Below the pieces are notes generated by a model, which was not told the origin of the DNA, searched no databases, and saw nothing but the letters and a program-made list of their open reading frames with translations. From Paraphysomonas bandaiensis (Eukaryota > Protista > Chrysophyceae), in assembly GCA_965644295.1 (NCBI GenBank), contig CBFFRP010000539.1, positions 1 to 32,102 of the forward strand: 32,102 nucleotides of DNA, written 5' to 3'. How positions within the stretch are numbered: position 1 is the stretch's first letter; the number at the start of each line of letters is the position of its first letter. Below are positions 11,070-23,000 of the stretch, one piece after another. The position numbers and the translations under genes are program-made.

Positions 11070-14000
11070 ATGCTGGTGCCGATCTTTGTATTATTTGCAT
11101 GCTTTCATATTGCCTTATCAATATGCCCAACCAATTTTGACTTACATTACGGAGATTATTGCTTTTCACCAATCCCTCGTAGTGGAGATTATGATAGCGC
11201 TTTTGCAGGATGCCGTCAGCAAGACGGGGTTATGGTTTCAATTCATAGTTCAGATGACAACATGGCTGTCGTTGCCGCGGCTAAGATATTAGGAATTCAT
11301 TTTCCGGTATATATAGGATATTCTTTTGATGGGAAGGGTTGGGCTTGGAGTGATGGCTCACCTCTTAGCCATTATAGTAATTGGACTTCGGGGGGTTTGC
11401 AAGACCTAACATCTCGCTGCACCGGACTCCGGCAGGACGGTAGCTGGATCGCTGTAAATTGTAGAAACCATCTCGATTTTATGTGTACATCAAGAGAACT
11501 TGATGATCAAAATAAATATGTAATTTCAAAAACTAGAGGTATAAGGGTAAACTTGCAAGATATGTCTCCAACCAGCCTACCCACCGGACAACCTACAGGT
11601 CAACCAACTTGTGTTCCATCGGGTGAACCATCTGGTCAGCCGACTGGCGAGCCTTCCGGTCAACCCACATGTGTTCCTACTGGTCAGCCCAGCGGGCATC
11701 CTACTGGACAGCCATCTGGTCAACCAACTTGTGTTCCAACGGGTGAACCATCTGGTCAGCCGACTGGCGAACCTTCCGGTCAACCCACATGTGTTCCTAC
11801 TGGTCAGCCCAGCGGGCATCCTACCGGACAGCCATCTGGTCAACCAACTTGTGTACCAACGGGTGAACCATCTGGTCAGCCCAGCGGGCATCCTACTGGA
11901 CAGCCATCTGGTCAACCAAGTTGTGTTCCAACGGGTGAACCATCTGGTCAGCCGACTGGCGAGCCTTCCGGTCAACCCACATGTGTTCCTACTGGTCAGC
12001 CCAGCGGGCATCCTACCTGTCAACCTACAGGTCAACCAACTTGTGTTCCAACTGGTGAACCAACTGGTCAGCCCAGCGGGCATCCTACCGGACAGCCGTC
12101 TGGTCAACCAAGTTGTGTTCCAACGGGTGAACCATCTGGTCAGCCTACAGGACAACCTACAGGTCAACCCACATGTGTTCCTACTGGTCAGCCCAGCGGG
12201 CACCCTACCGGACAGCCGTCTGGTCAACCAACATGTGTTCCAACGGGTGAACCATCTGGTCAGCCTACAGGACAACCTACAGGTCAACCTACGTCTGTTC
12301 CATCAGGTCAACCAAGTTGTGTTCCAACGGGTGAACCATCTGGTCAGCCGACTGGCGAGCCTTCCGGTCAACCCACATGTGTTCCTACTGGTCAGCCCAG
12401 CGGGCATCCTACAGGTGAACCTACAGGTCAACCAACTTGTGTTCCAACGGGTAAACCATCTGGTCAGCCTACAGGACAACCTACAGGTCAACCTACGTCT
12501 GTTCCATCAGGTCAACCAAGTTGTGTTCCAACGGGTCAACCAACTTGTGTTCCCACGGGTGGACCATCTGGTCAGCCGACTGGCGAGCCTTCCGGTCAAC
12601 CCACATGTATTCCTACTGGTCAGCCCAGCGGGCATCCAACCGGACAGCCATCTGGTCAACCAACATGTGTTCCAACGGGTGAACCATCTGGTCAGCCTAC
12701 AGGACAACCTACAGGTCAACCTACGTCTGTTCCATCTAGTCAACCAAGTTGTGTTCCAACGGGTGAACCATCTGGTCAGCCGACTGGCGAGCCTTCCGGT
12801 CAACCCACATGTGTTCCTACTGGTCAGCCCAGCGGGCATCCTACCGGACAGCCGTCTGGTCAACCTACGTCTGTTCCATCAGGTCAACCAAGTTGTGTTC
12901 CATCAGGACAACCAAGTTGTGTTCCAACGGGTGAACCTTCTGGTCGGCCTACAGGACAGCCTACAGGTCAACCTACGTCTGTTCCATCAGGTCAACCAAG
13001 TTGTGTTCCAACGGGTGAACCATCTGGTCAGCCTACTGGCGAGCCTTCCGGTCAACCCACATGTATTCCTACTGGTCAGCCCAGCGGGCATCCTACAGGT
13101 GAACCTACAGGTCAACCAACTTGTGTTCCAACGGGTGAACCATCTGGTCAGCCTACAGGACAACCTTCAAGTCAACCTACTTCTGTTCCATCAGGTCAAC
13201 CAAGTTGTGTTCCAACGGGTCAACCAACTTGTGTTCCCACGGGTGGACCATCTGGTCAGCCGACTGGCGAGCCTTCCGGTCAACCCACATGTATTCCTAC
13301 TGGTCAGCCCAGCGGGCATCCTACCGGACAGCCATCTGGTCAACCAACATGTGTTCCAACGGGTGAACCATCTGGTCAGCCTACAGGACAACCTACAGGT
13401 CAACCAAGTTGTGTTCCATCAGGTCAACCAAGTTGTGTTCCAACGGGTGAACCATCTGGTCAGCCGACTGGCGAGCCTTCCGGTCAACCCACATGTGTTC
13501 CTACTGGTCAGCCCAGCGGGCATCCTACTGGACAGCCATCTGGTCAACCAACATGTGTTCCAACGGGTGAGCCATCTGGTCAACCAACAGGACAACCTAC
13601 AGGTCAACCTACTTCTGTTCCATCAAGGAATCCTACGTCTGTTCCATCAGGTCAACCAACTTGTGTTCCAACGGGTGAACCATCTGGTCAGCCTTCAGGA
13701 CAACCTACAGGTCAACCCACATGTGTTCCTACTGGTCAGCCTACTGGCGAGCCTTCCGGTCAACCCACATGTATTCCTACTGGTCAGCCCAGCGGACATC
13801 CTACCGGTGAACCTACAGGTCAACCAAGTTGTGTTCCAACGGGTGAACCATCTGGTCAGCCAACAGGACAACCTACAGGTCAACCTACGTCTGTTCCATC
13901 AGGTCAACCAAGTTGTGTTCCATCAGGTCAACCAACTTGTGTTCCAACGGGTGTACCATCAGGTCAGCCGACTGGCGAGCCTTCCGGTCAACCCACATGT

Positions 14001-17000
14001 ATTCCTACTGGTCAGCCTAGCGGGCACCCTACCGGACAACCTACAGGTCAACCAACATGTGTTCCAACGGGTGAACCATCTGGTCAGCCTACAGGACAAC
14101 CTACAGGTCAACCTACGTCTGTTCCATCAGGTCAACCAAGTTGTGTTCCAACGGGTGAACCATCTGGTCAGCCTTCAGGACAACCTACAGGTCAACCCAC
14201 ATGTGTTCCTACTGGTCAGCCCAGCGGGCATCCTACCGGACATCCGTCTGGTCAACCAACATGTGTTCCAACGGGTGAGCCATCTGGTCAGCCTTCAGGA
14301 CAACCTACAGGTCAACCTACGTCTGTTCCATCAGGTCAACCAAGTTGTGTTCCATCAGGTCAACCAACATGTGTTCCCACGGGTGAACCATCTGGTCAGC
14401 CGACTGGCGAGCCTTCCGGTCAACCCACATGTATTCCTACTGGTCAACCTAGCGGGCACCCTACCGGACAGCCGTCTGGTCAACCAACATGTGTTCCAAC
14501 GGGTGAACCATCTGGTCAGCCTACAGGACAACCTACAGGTCAACCAAGTTGTGTTCCATCAGGTCAACCAAGTTGTGTTCCAACGGGTGAACCATCTGGT
14601 CAGCCGACTGGCGAGCCTTCCGGTCAACCCACATGTGTTCCTACTGGTCAGCCTACCGGGCATCCTACAGGTGAACCTACAGGTCAACCAACTTGTGTTC
14701 CAACGGGTGAACCATCTGGTCAGCCTACAGGACAACCTACAGGTCAACCTACTTCTGTTCCATCAGGTCAACCAAGTTGTGTTCCATCAGGTCAACCAAC
14801 TTGTGTTCCAACGGGTGAACCATCTGGTCAGCCGACTGGTGAGCCTTCCGGTCAACCCACATGTGTTCCTACTGGTCAGCCCAGCGGACATCCTACCGGA
14901 CAGCCGTCTGGTCAACCAACATGTGTTCCAACGGGTGAACCATCTGGTCAGCCTACAGGACAACCTACAGGTCAACCTACGTCTGCTCCATCAGGTCAAC
15001 CAAGTTGTGTTCCAACGGGTGAACCATCTGGTCAGCCGACTGGCGAGCCTTCCGGTCAACCCACATGTGTTCCTACTGGTCAGCCCAGCGGACATCCTAC
15101 CGGACAACCTACAGGTCAACCAACATGTGTTCCAACGGGTGAACCATCTGGTCAGCCAACAGGACAACCTACAGGTCAACCTACTTCTGTTCCATCAAGG
15201 AATCCTACGTCTGTTCCATCTAGTCAACCAACATGTGTTCCAACGGGTGAACCATCTGGTCAGCCGACTGTCGAGCCTTCCGGTCAACCCACATGTGTTC
15301 CTACTGGTCAGCCCAGCGGGCATCCAACCGGACAGCCATCTGGTCAACCAAGTTGTGTTCCAACGGGTGAACCTTCTGGTCAGCCTACAGGACAACCTAC
15401 AGGTCAACCTACGTCTGTTCCATCTAGTCAACCAACTTGTGTTCCAACGGGTGAACCATCTGGTCAGCCGACTGGCGAGCCTTCCGGTCAACCCACATGT
15501 GTTCCTACTGGTCAGCCCAGCGGGCATCCTACTGGACAGCCATCTGGTCAACCAACTTGTGTTCCGACAGGTGAACCATCTGGTCAGCCGACTGTCGAGC
15601 CTTCCGGTCAACCCACATGTATTCCTACTTGTCAGCCCAGCGGGGATCCTACCGGACAACCTACTGGTCAACCAACATGTGTTCCAACGGGTGAACCATC
15701 TGGTCAGCCCACAGGACAACCTACAGGTCAACCTACGTCTGTTCCATCAAGTAATCCTACGTCTGTTCCATCTAGTCAACCAACTTGTGTTCCATCGGGT
15801 GAACCATCTGGTCAGCCGACTGGCGAGCCTTCCGGTCAACCCACATGTGTTCCTACTGGTCAGCCCAGCGGGCACCCTACCGGACAGCCGTCTGGTCAAC
15901 CAACATGTGTTCCAACGGGTGAACCATCTGGTCAGCCTACAGGACAACCTACAGGTCAACCTACGTCTGCTCCATCAGGTCAACCAAGTTGTGTTCCAAC
16001 GGGTGAACCATCTGGTCAGCCGACTGGCGAGCCTTCCGGTCAACCCACATGTGTTCCTACTGGTCAGCCCAGCGCGTATCCTACCGGACAGCCGTCTGGT
16101 CAACCAAGTTGTGTTCCAACGGGTGAACCATCTGGTCAGCCGACTGGTGAGCCTTCCGGTCAACCCACATGTGTTCCTACTGGTCAGCCCAGCGGGCATC
16201 CTACCGGACAGCCATCTGGTCAACCAACTTGTGTTCCAACTGGTGAACCGTCTGGTTGGCCTACAGGACAACCTACAGGTCAACCTACGTCTTTTCCATC
16301 AGGTCAACCAACATGTGTTCCAACGGGTGAACCATCTGGTCAGCCGACTGGCGAGCCTTCCGGTCAACCCACATGTGTTCCTACTGGTCAGCCCAGCGGG
16401 CATCCTACCGGACAGCCGTCTGGTCAACCAACATGTGTTCCAACGGGTGAACCATCTGGTCAGCCTACAGGACAACCTACAGGTCAACCAAGTTGTGTTC
16501 CATCAGGTCAACCAAGTTGTGTTCCAACGGGTGAACCGTCTGGTCAGCCGACTGGCGAGCCTTCCGGTCAACCCACATGTGTTCCTACTGGTCAGCCCAG
16601 CGGGCATCCTACCGGACAGCCATCTGGGCAACCAAGTGGAGTACCCTCCGGTCACCCTACCTACCAATACCCTTTAGCATTGGAGGTGTTTAGAGGAGGG
16701 AATAACTCTTTCCCCGTAGTGTGGACACCTGATAGTCTTGGATGGGCTAACTCCTCGTACCCACTATATTTGACAGTTGATGTTTTCCCCACTGACTATG
16801 GGTCTATGGCCACTCAGTGGGCTACAATTAAGGTCAACAACGTAACAGTTATGGAATATTGTACACCTGCTGAGGAATGTGGCTCGTCATATTACAACTG
16901 CTTCTATGATATGGATATATCAGATTATGTGTCTGAGCCATTGGGAGGGAGTTTAACGATTGAGGTATCAAGCACTGGTGTGACAGGAGGACCATGTGAC

Positions 17001-20000
17001 TACCTGGGCTATCCACTATACACACATCTGCAATTGAGAGGAGCTACTCCAAGCAGTCAACCTACGGGTGTGCCAACTGGCTATCCCACTGGGCAACCTA
17101 GTGCACAACCATCTGGTATTCCAACGGTCTTCCCCACTGTTGTCCCTTCGGGTCTACCGTCCAGCATACCATCTGGTCAACCTACGAGCAATCCCAGTAG
17201 TTACCCTTCTGGTAAACCGTCAGGTGAGCCCAGTTTTTCTCCTAGCGCAATTCCATCTGGGCTGCCATCTGGCTTTCCAACTGGTGAACCGACCTGTGTG
17301 CCGACATGTGTTCCAAGTGGTAACCCCAGTTGTGTACCCACTTGCGAACCCAGCAGCCTACCGACAGTTCTTCCTAGCAGTGCCCCGAGTGGACAACCTA
17401 CATCACTTCCTTCTGGGTACCCTAGTCTCATGCCTAGTAATATGCCAACTAGTCAACCGTCATGTCTACCCACAGGTATTCCCACTCGTTATCCCACGGG
17501 ACTGCCGTCTGCTTCCCCTACGGGAGAGCCGAGCACTCAACCGAGTGGGCAGCCCACTGGTGCCCCCACTTATCGACCTTCACAGATTCCAACCGGTTTT
17601 CCTAGTAAAGAACCAACCAGTGAGCCTACATGTATCCCAAGTGGAAGCCCGACGTATATACCTAGCTGTCGCCCATCTGGAATGCCAACTGGAATGCCAA
17701 CCGGCTGGCCCTCAAGTGTGCCTTCCGGAATGCCCACTACATGCCCGTCAAGTGTACCCAGTGGACAACCATCTTGCTTACCATCTGGGACACCGTCTAG
17801 CCAACCAACAGATGTGCCCAGTGGTCTACCTACAGCTGAACCTACCGCTGTGCCATCTGAGCAGCCCACCAGTCAGCCAACATCTCAACCCACTGGAAAT
17901 CCAACTTGTAGGCCAACAGGACTACCCAGTGGTAGACCTACAGGTCAGCCTACCAGTGTTCCTTCCGCTGTTCCATCTGGGCAACCAAGTGGTGTACCCT
18001 CCGGTCACCCTACCTACCAATACCCTTTAGCATTGGAGGTGTTTAGAGGAGGGAATAACTCTTTCCCCGTAGTGTGGACACCTGATAGTCTTGGATGGGC
18101 TAACTCCTCGTATCCACTATATTTGACAGTTGATGTTTTCCCCACTGACTTTGAATTGAGAGCTAGTTCCTGGGTAACAATTAAGGTCAACAACGTAACA
18201 GTCATGGAATATTGTACACCTGCTGAGGAATGTGGCTCGTCATATTACAACTGCTTCTATGATATGGATATATCAGATTATGTGTCTGAGCCATTGGGAG
18301 GGAGTTTAACGATTGAGGTATCAAGCACTGGTGTGACAGGAGGACCATGTGACTACCTGGGCTATCCACTATACACACATCTGCAATTGAGAGGAGCTAC
18401 TCCGAGCAGTCAACCTACGGGTGTGCCAACTGGCTATCCCACTGGGCAACCTAGTGCACAACCATCTGGTCAACCAACATCTATCCCAAGTAACATTCCC
18501 AGTGCACTCCCATCCACTTTTCCTTCTGGATGTCCTAGCGGATTCCCGACAGCGTTACCGACGCCCTTGCCCAGTGGTTTTCCAACTGGAGTGCCATCTG
18601 AAAGACCAACATGTGCTCCAACCATGATACCCTCTGGACAGCCCACAGGGTATCCCAGTGCTATACCCAGTGGTCATCCTAGTTACTTACCGAGTGGCCT
18701 GCCGTCAGGTACACCGACAGAACTACCTTCATCACTTCCAACTAGTCAGCCGTCAGGACAACCAACTTCAGAGCCAAGTAGCATTCCGAGCGGACCACCA
18801 ACTGGTCAGCCAACGGGTAAACCGTCTAGTGAACCTACCAGCTATCCAACTACTCTGCCATCTAGTACTCCCACTTGTATACCCAGCGGAAGGCCGACTT
18901 CCACACCATCTTTTGAGCCGTCTGGTGAGCCCAGTAGCTATCCGTCTGGTCAGCCAACTGGACATCCGTCTGGTCAGCCCACCGATATGCCTTCAAGTCA
19001 GCCATCTAGTACACCTACAGGTGAACCTACCGTCCAGCCGACGGGACAGCCTAGTGGTTTGCCCACTGGCCAACCAACTATCGTACCCACTGGTCTACCA
19101 ACTTGCATCCCTTCTTCTGTACCCAGTGGTATCCCATCTGGGCAACCTACTCGGATACCATCCGGAATGCCATCAAGTCAGCCGACTGGTCAACCAAGTG
19201 GAGAACCTACAGGGCAGCCCACTAGTTCACCTACGATTCTACCTAGTACTGTACCTAGCAGTGAACCAAGTAGCGTACCATCTGAGATACCGACAGTTCA
19301 ACCAACGGGTCGTCCAAGTGGTCAGCCAACGACTTTGCCTAGTGGATTACCGACAGGTCAACCTACTAATCAGCCGTCGTCTCAACCTACAAGCCAGCCT
19401 ACAGGGCAACCAACGGTTGTTCCCAGCGGACAACCCACTAGCGAACCGACTGGGCAACCTACATCGCGACCAACGTGCGTACCAAGTGGACAACCGTCAG
19501 GGCAGCCGTCCAGTGAACCTTCTTGTCCACCTACAGGAGTACCTTCAGAGCAACCGACATCGACACCATCAACGCAACCCACTGGACAACCTACTGGTCA
19601 ACCATCATCTCAACCCACTGGAAATCCAACTTGTAGGCCTACAGGACTACCCAGTGGTAGACCTACAGGTCAGCCTACCAGTGTTCCTTCCGCTGTTCCA
19701 TCTGGGCAACCAAGTGGTGTACCCTCCGGTCACCCTACCTACCAATACCCTTTAGCATTGGAGGTGTTTAGAGGAGGAAGAAATTCTTTCCCCGTAGTGT
19801 GGACACCTGATAGTCTTGGATGGGCTAACTCCTCGTACCCACTATATTTGACAGTTGATGTTTTCCCCACCAACTATGGGTCTATGGCTACTCAGTGGGC
19901 TACAATTAAGGTCAACAACGTAACAGTTATGGAATATTGTACACCTGCTGAGGAATGTGGCTCGTCATATTACAACTGCTTCTATGATATGGATATATCA

Positions 20001-23000
20001 GATTACGTGTCTGAGCCATTGGGAGGGAGTTTAACGATTGAGGTATCAAGCACTGGTGTGGCAGGAGGACCATGTGACTACATGGGCTATCCGCTATACA
20101 CACATCTGCAATTGAGAGGGGCTATTCCAAGCAGTCAACCTACGGGTGTGCCAACTGGCTATCCCACTGGGCAACCTAGTGCACAACCATCTGGTATTCC
20201 AACGGTCTTCCCCACTGTTGTCCCTTCGGGTCTACCGTCCAGCATACCATCTGGTCAACCTACGAGCAATCCCAGTAGTTACCCTTCTGGTCAACCAACA
20301 TCTCTCCCAAGTAAAGTACCAACAGGAGACCCAACGGGGTTGCCAACAGGGCAGCCATCTGGTTGTCCTACGTCATTTCCAACATGTATTCCTAGTGGTG
20401 CACCTAGTATTACCCCATCGAGTCAGCCTAGCGAGCAACCCACGAGTCAGCCGAGTGCTCAGCCGACGGGTCAACCTTCATCGCAGCCTACAACTGAGCC
20501 AACTGGTGAACCTACAGGTCAACCTTCTGGTAAGCCTTCATCTGAACCAAGCGCATTACCCACATTCTATCCGACCGGTACACCAAGCCGTCAGCCCAGT
20601 GGTATACCAACTTGTCAACCGACTGTTCAACCCAGTGGACAACCATCCAGCCAGCCCAGTGGGCTGCCATCTAGCCAACCCACGAGTCAGCCAACGAGTG
20701 GACCAACAAATCAACCGACAAGTGAACCCAGTGGTATACCAACTGGGCAGCCGAGTGGCCAACCTACTGAACAGCCTACACCTTCCCCTACATCTGAGCC
20801 AACATGTCTGCCTTCCGGTCAACCAACGTTACAGCCAACTGGAAAACCCACCGGGCAGCCGTCACGGGAACCAACAGGCGAGCCGTCAAGTATTCCTTCG
20901 ATTCTCCCAACAGGTGAACCGACTGGTCAGCCCTCCAGTGAGCCGTCTGGACAACCGTCAGGAAACCCGACAGGCCAGCCAACGTGTCAGCCTACCGGTT
21001 ATCCATCAGGTCATCCAACATACCGGCCTTCTGGTCAACCTAGTGGATTGCCTACCGCATTACCTAGTGGGCAGCCATCTGGCGTGCCCACTCTGCAGCC
21101 TACCAGTATTCCTTCTGGACAACCAAGTGCTCTACCTTCAATTCGACCTACTTCTCAGCCCACTGGACAGCCTTCAAGTCAACCAACAGTCGTGCCCTCT
21201 GGCGAACCGAGTTCTCATCCAACATATATGTTTCCACTGGGCTTACAGTTTACTGGTGGTGGAAGTGACTCATCTCCAGTTTTATGGGAGGTCGATGGTT
21301 TGTCATATGTGAATAGCGCTTACTCTTTGTTTCTTTCTGTTGATGTTTATCCTACAAATTTTGCAATTATAGCTAATCAGTATGCGACTATTAAAATCAA
21401 CGGAGCAGTAGTTATGGCGCATTGTATTCCTGGTGAATCCTGCGGTGATAGGTGGTACCATTGTATTGTTGATATGGATATTTCAGAATTCGTGGAAGAA
21501 CCGCTGGGTGGTTCAGTTACAATTGAGGTTTCGAGTACTGGAGTAAACTCTGGTCCATGTGACCACCAGGGTCATCCATTGTTCACTCAAATGTTTTTGC
21601 GTGAGTCGTTGCCTACAGGACAGCCAACTGGAGAGCCGTCCGGTCAGCCTACTGGGCAGCCCTCTGGGGAGCCAACGAGCCAACCAACTGGAGAACCTAC
21701 TGGTCAACCTACAGGTCAGCCCACAGGCCAACCATCTTGTCAACCCACCGGTCAGCCTACTGGCCAACCAACAAGCAATCCTACTGGTCAACCTTCTGGA
21801 AGACCTACTGGCCAGCCTACAGGGAAACCAACAGGACAACCGACAAGTCAGCCTACTGGACAACCTTCTGGACAGCCAACAGCACAACCAACGAGTGAAC
21901 CTAGTTCATACCCCACCGGACAACCCACATGTTACCCTACTGGTGAACCTACTGGAGAGCCTAGTGGACATCCAACAGGAGAGCCTACGAGTGGTCCAAC
22001 TGACATTCCTACAGGGCAACCGTCGGGTATTCCCACATGTGATCCAACTGGACAGCCTACAGGACAGCCAACATCCGCGCCGTCAGGACAACCCACAGCC
22101 CAACCCACAGGCCAACCTACAGCTGCTCCCACTAGTCAGCCGTCAGCTCAGCCAACTTGTATTCCGACCGGTATACCTTCCGGACAGCCAACTTGTCAAC
22201 CCACAAGCCAACCCACAGGGCAGCCTACTGGTCAACCAACTAGCCAGCCTTCTGGTCAGCCAACAAGTGTGCCGACGAGAGAACCAACATGCCTGCCCAC
22301 AAGCTTTCCAAGTTCACAACCTTCCGGAATGCCTTCTGGACAACCGACCTGTCAACCTTCTGGACAGCCCAGTAGCCAACCCACAGTGCGGCCGTCGGGC
22401 CAACCAACGGGGTCACCGACGGGTCAACCTACTGGAGAGCCCACTCTCCAACCAAGTAGCCAGCCGTCATCGCAACCGACAAGTGCACCAACCAGCCCAA
22501 CGAGCATACCCTCAAGTCTACCAACGACGTTTTTCGAAGTTGTAAGTGTTGTCAGTGTCACTGGTAGACAGGATATATTTGGAATCCAAGCTTATATGTT
22601 TGACGCTCCAGCAGAAACTGCATTCAAAGAACTCATTGTGTCATCCATGTCCGCAGGAGTTATACTAGCAAAAAATATTCAGATATTATCAGTAACCACT
22701 ATTTCGACACCATCTCAAGTTAATTTTTCAGTATACGAATCCCTATCGCAGTCTAGAACTGGCACTCAGAATCTGAGAAGGCACAATTCTCACAGAAATC
22801 TTGCCTTATTAAATACAATAACCAGAGTGGGATATTCAGTGAAAGCGGTTGTACCGAAGCGACAGTATGCGGATTCAAGTACATTCGCTACCGCTATGAA
22901 ACAGAGTGTCAACGACACTTTTACACAGGCATCGGTTGGTTCTGATTTCATTTCTTTATCAAGAAAGTATGGAAGTACACACTTCAACGATACAGCTGAA

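Noticed and set aside
11568-16661. Possible CRISPR-like array
   Set aside because: No constant repeat with unique spacers; the units are in-frame codon repeats within a eukaryotic ORF, and no cas genes are present.
11611-16677. 1688-aa alternative-frame ORF and the many minus-strand 'MTCRLS..' ORFs
   Set aside because: Shadow frames of a stop-poor 12-nt coding repeat. They start and stop with the array and have no independent features.
16797-18176. Diversity-generating retroelement TR/VR pair
   Set aside because: The differences are not confined to adenines, both copies are coding modules of one ORF, and no reverse transcriptase is present.
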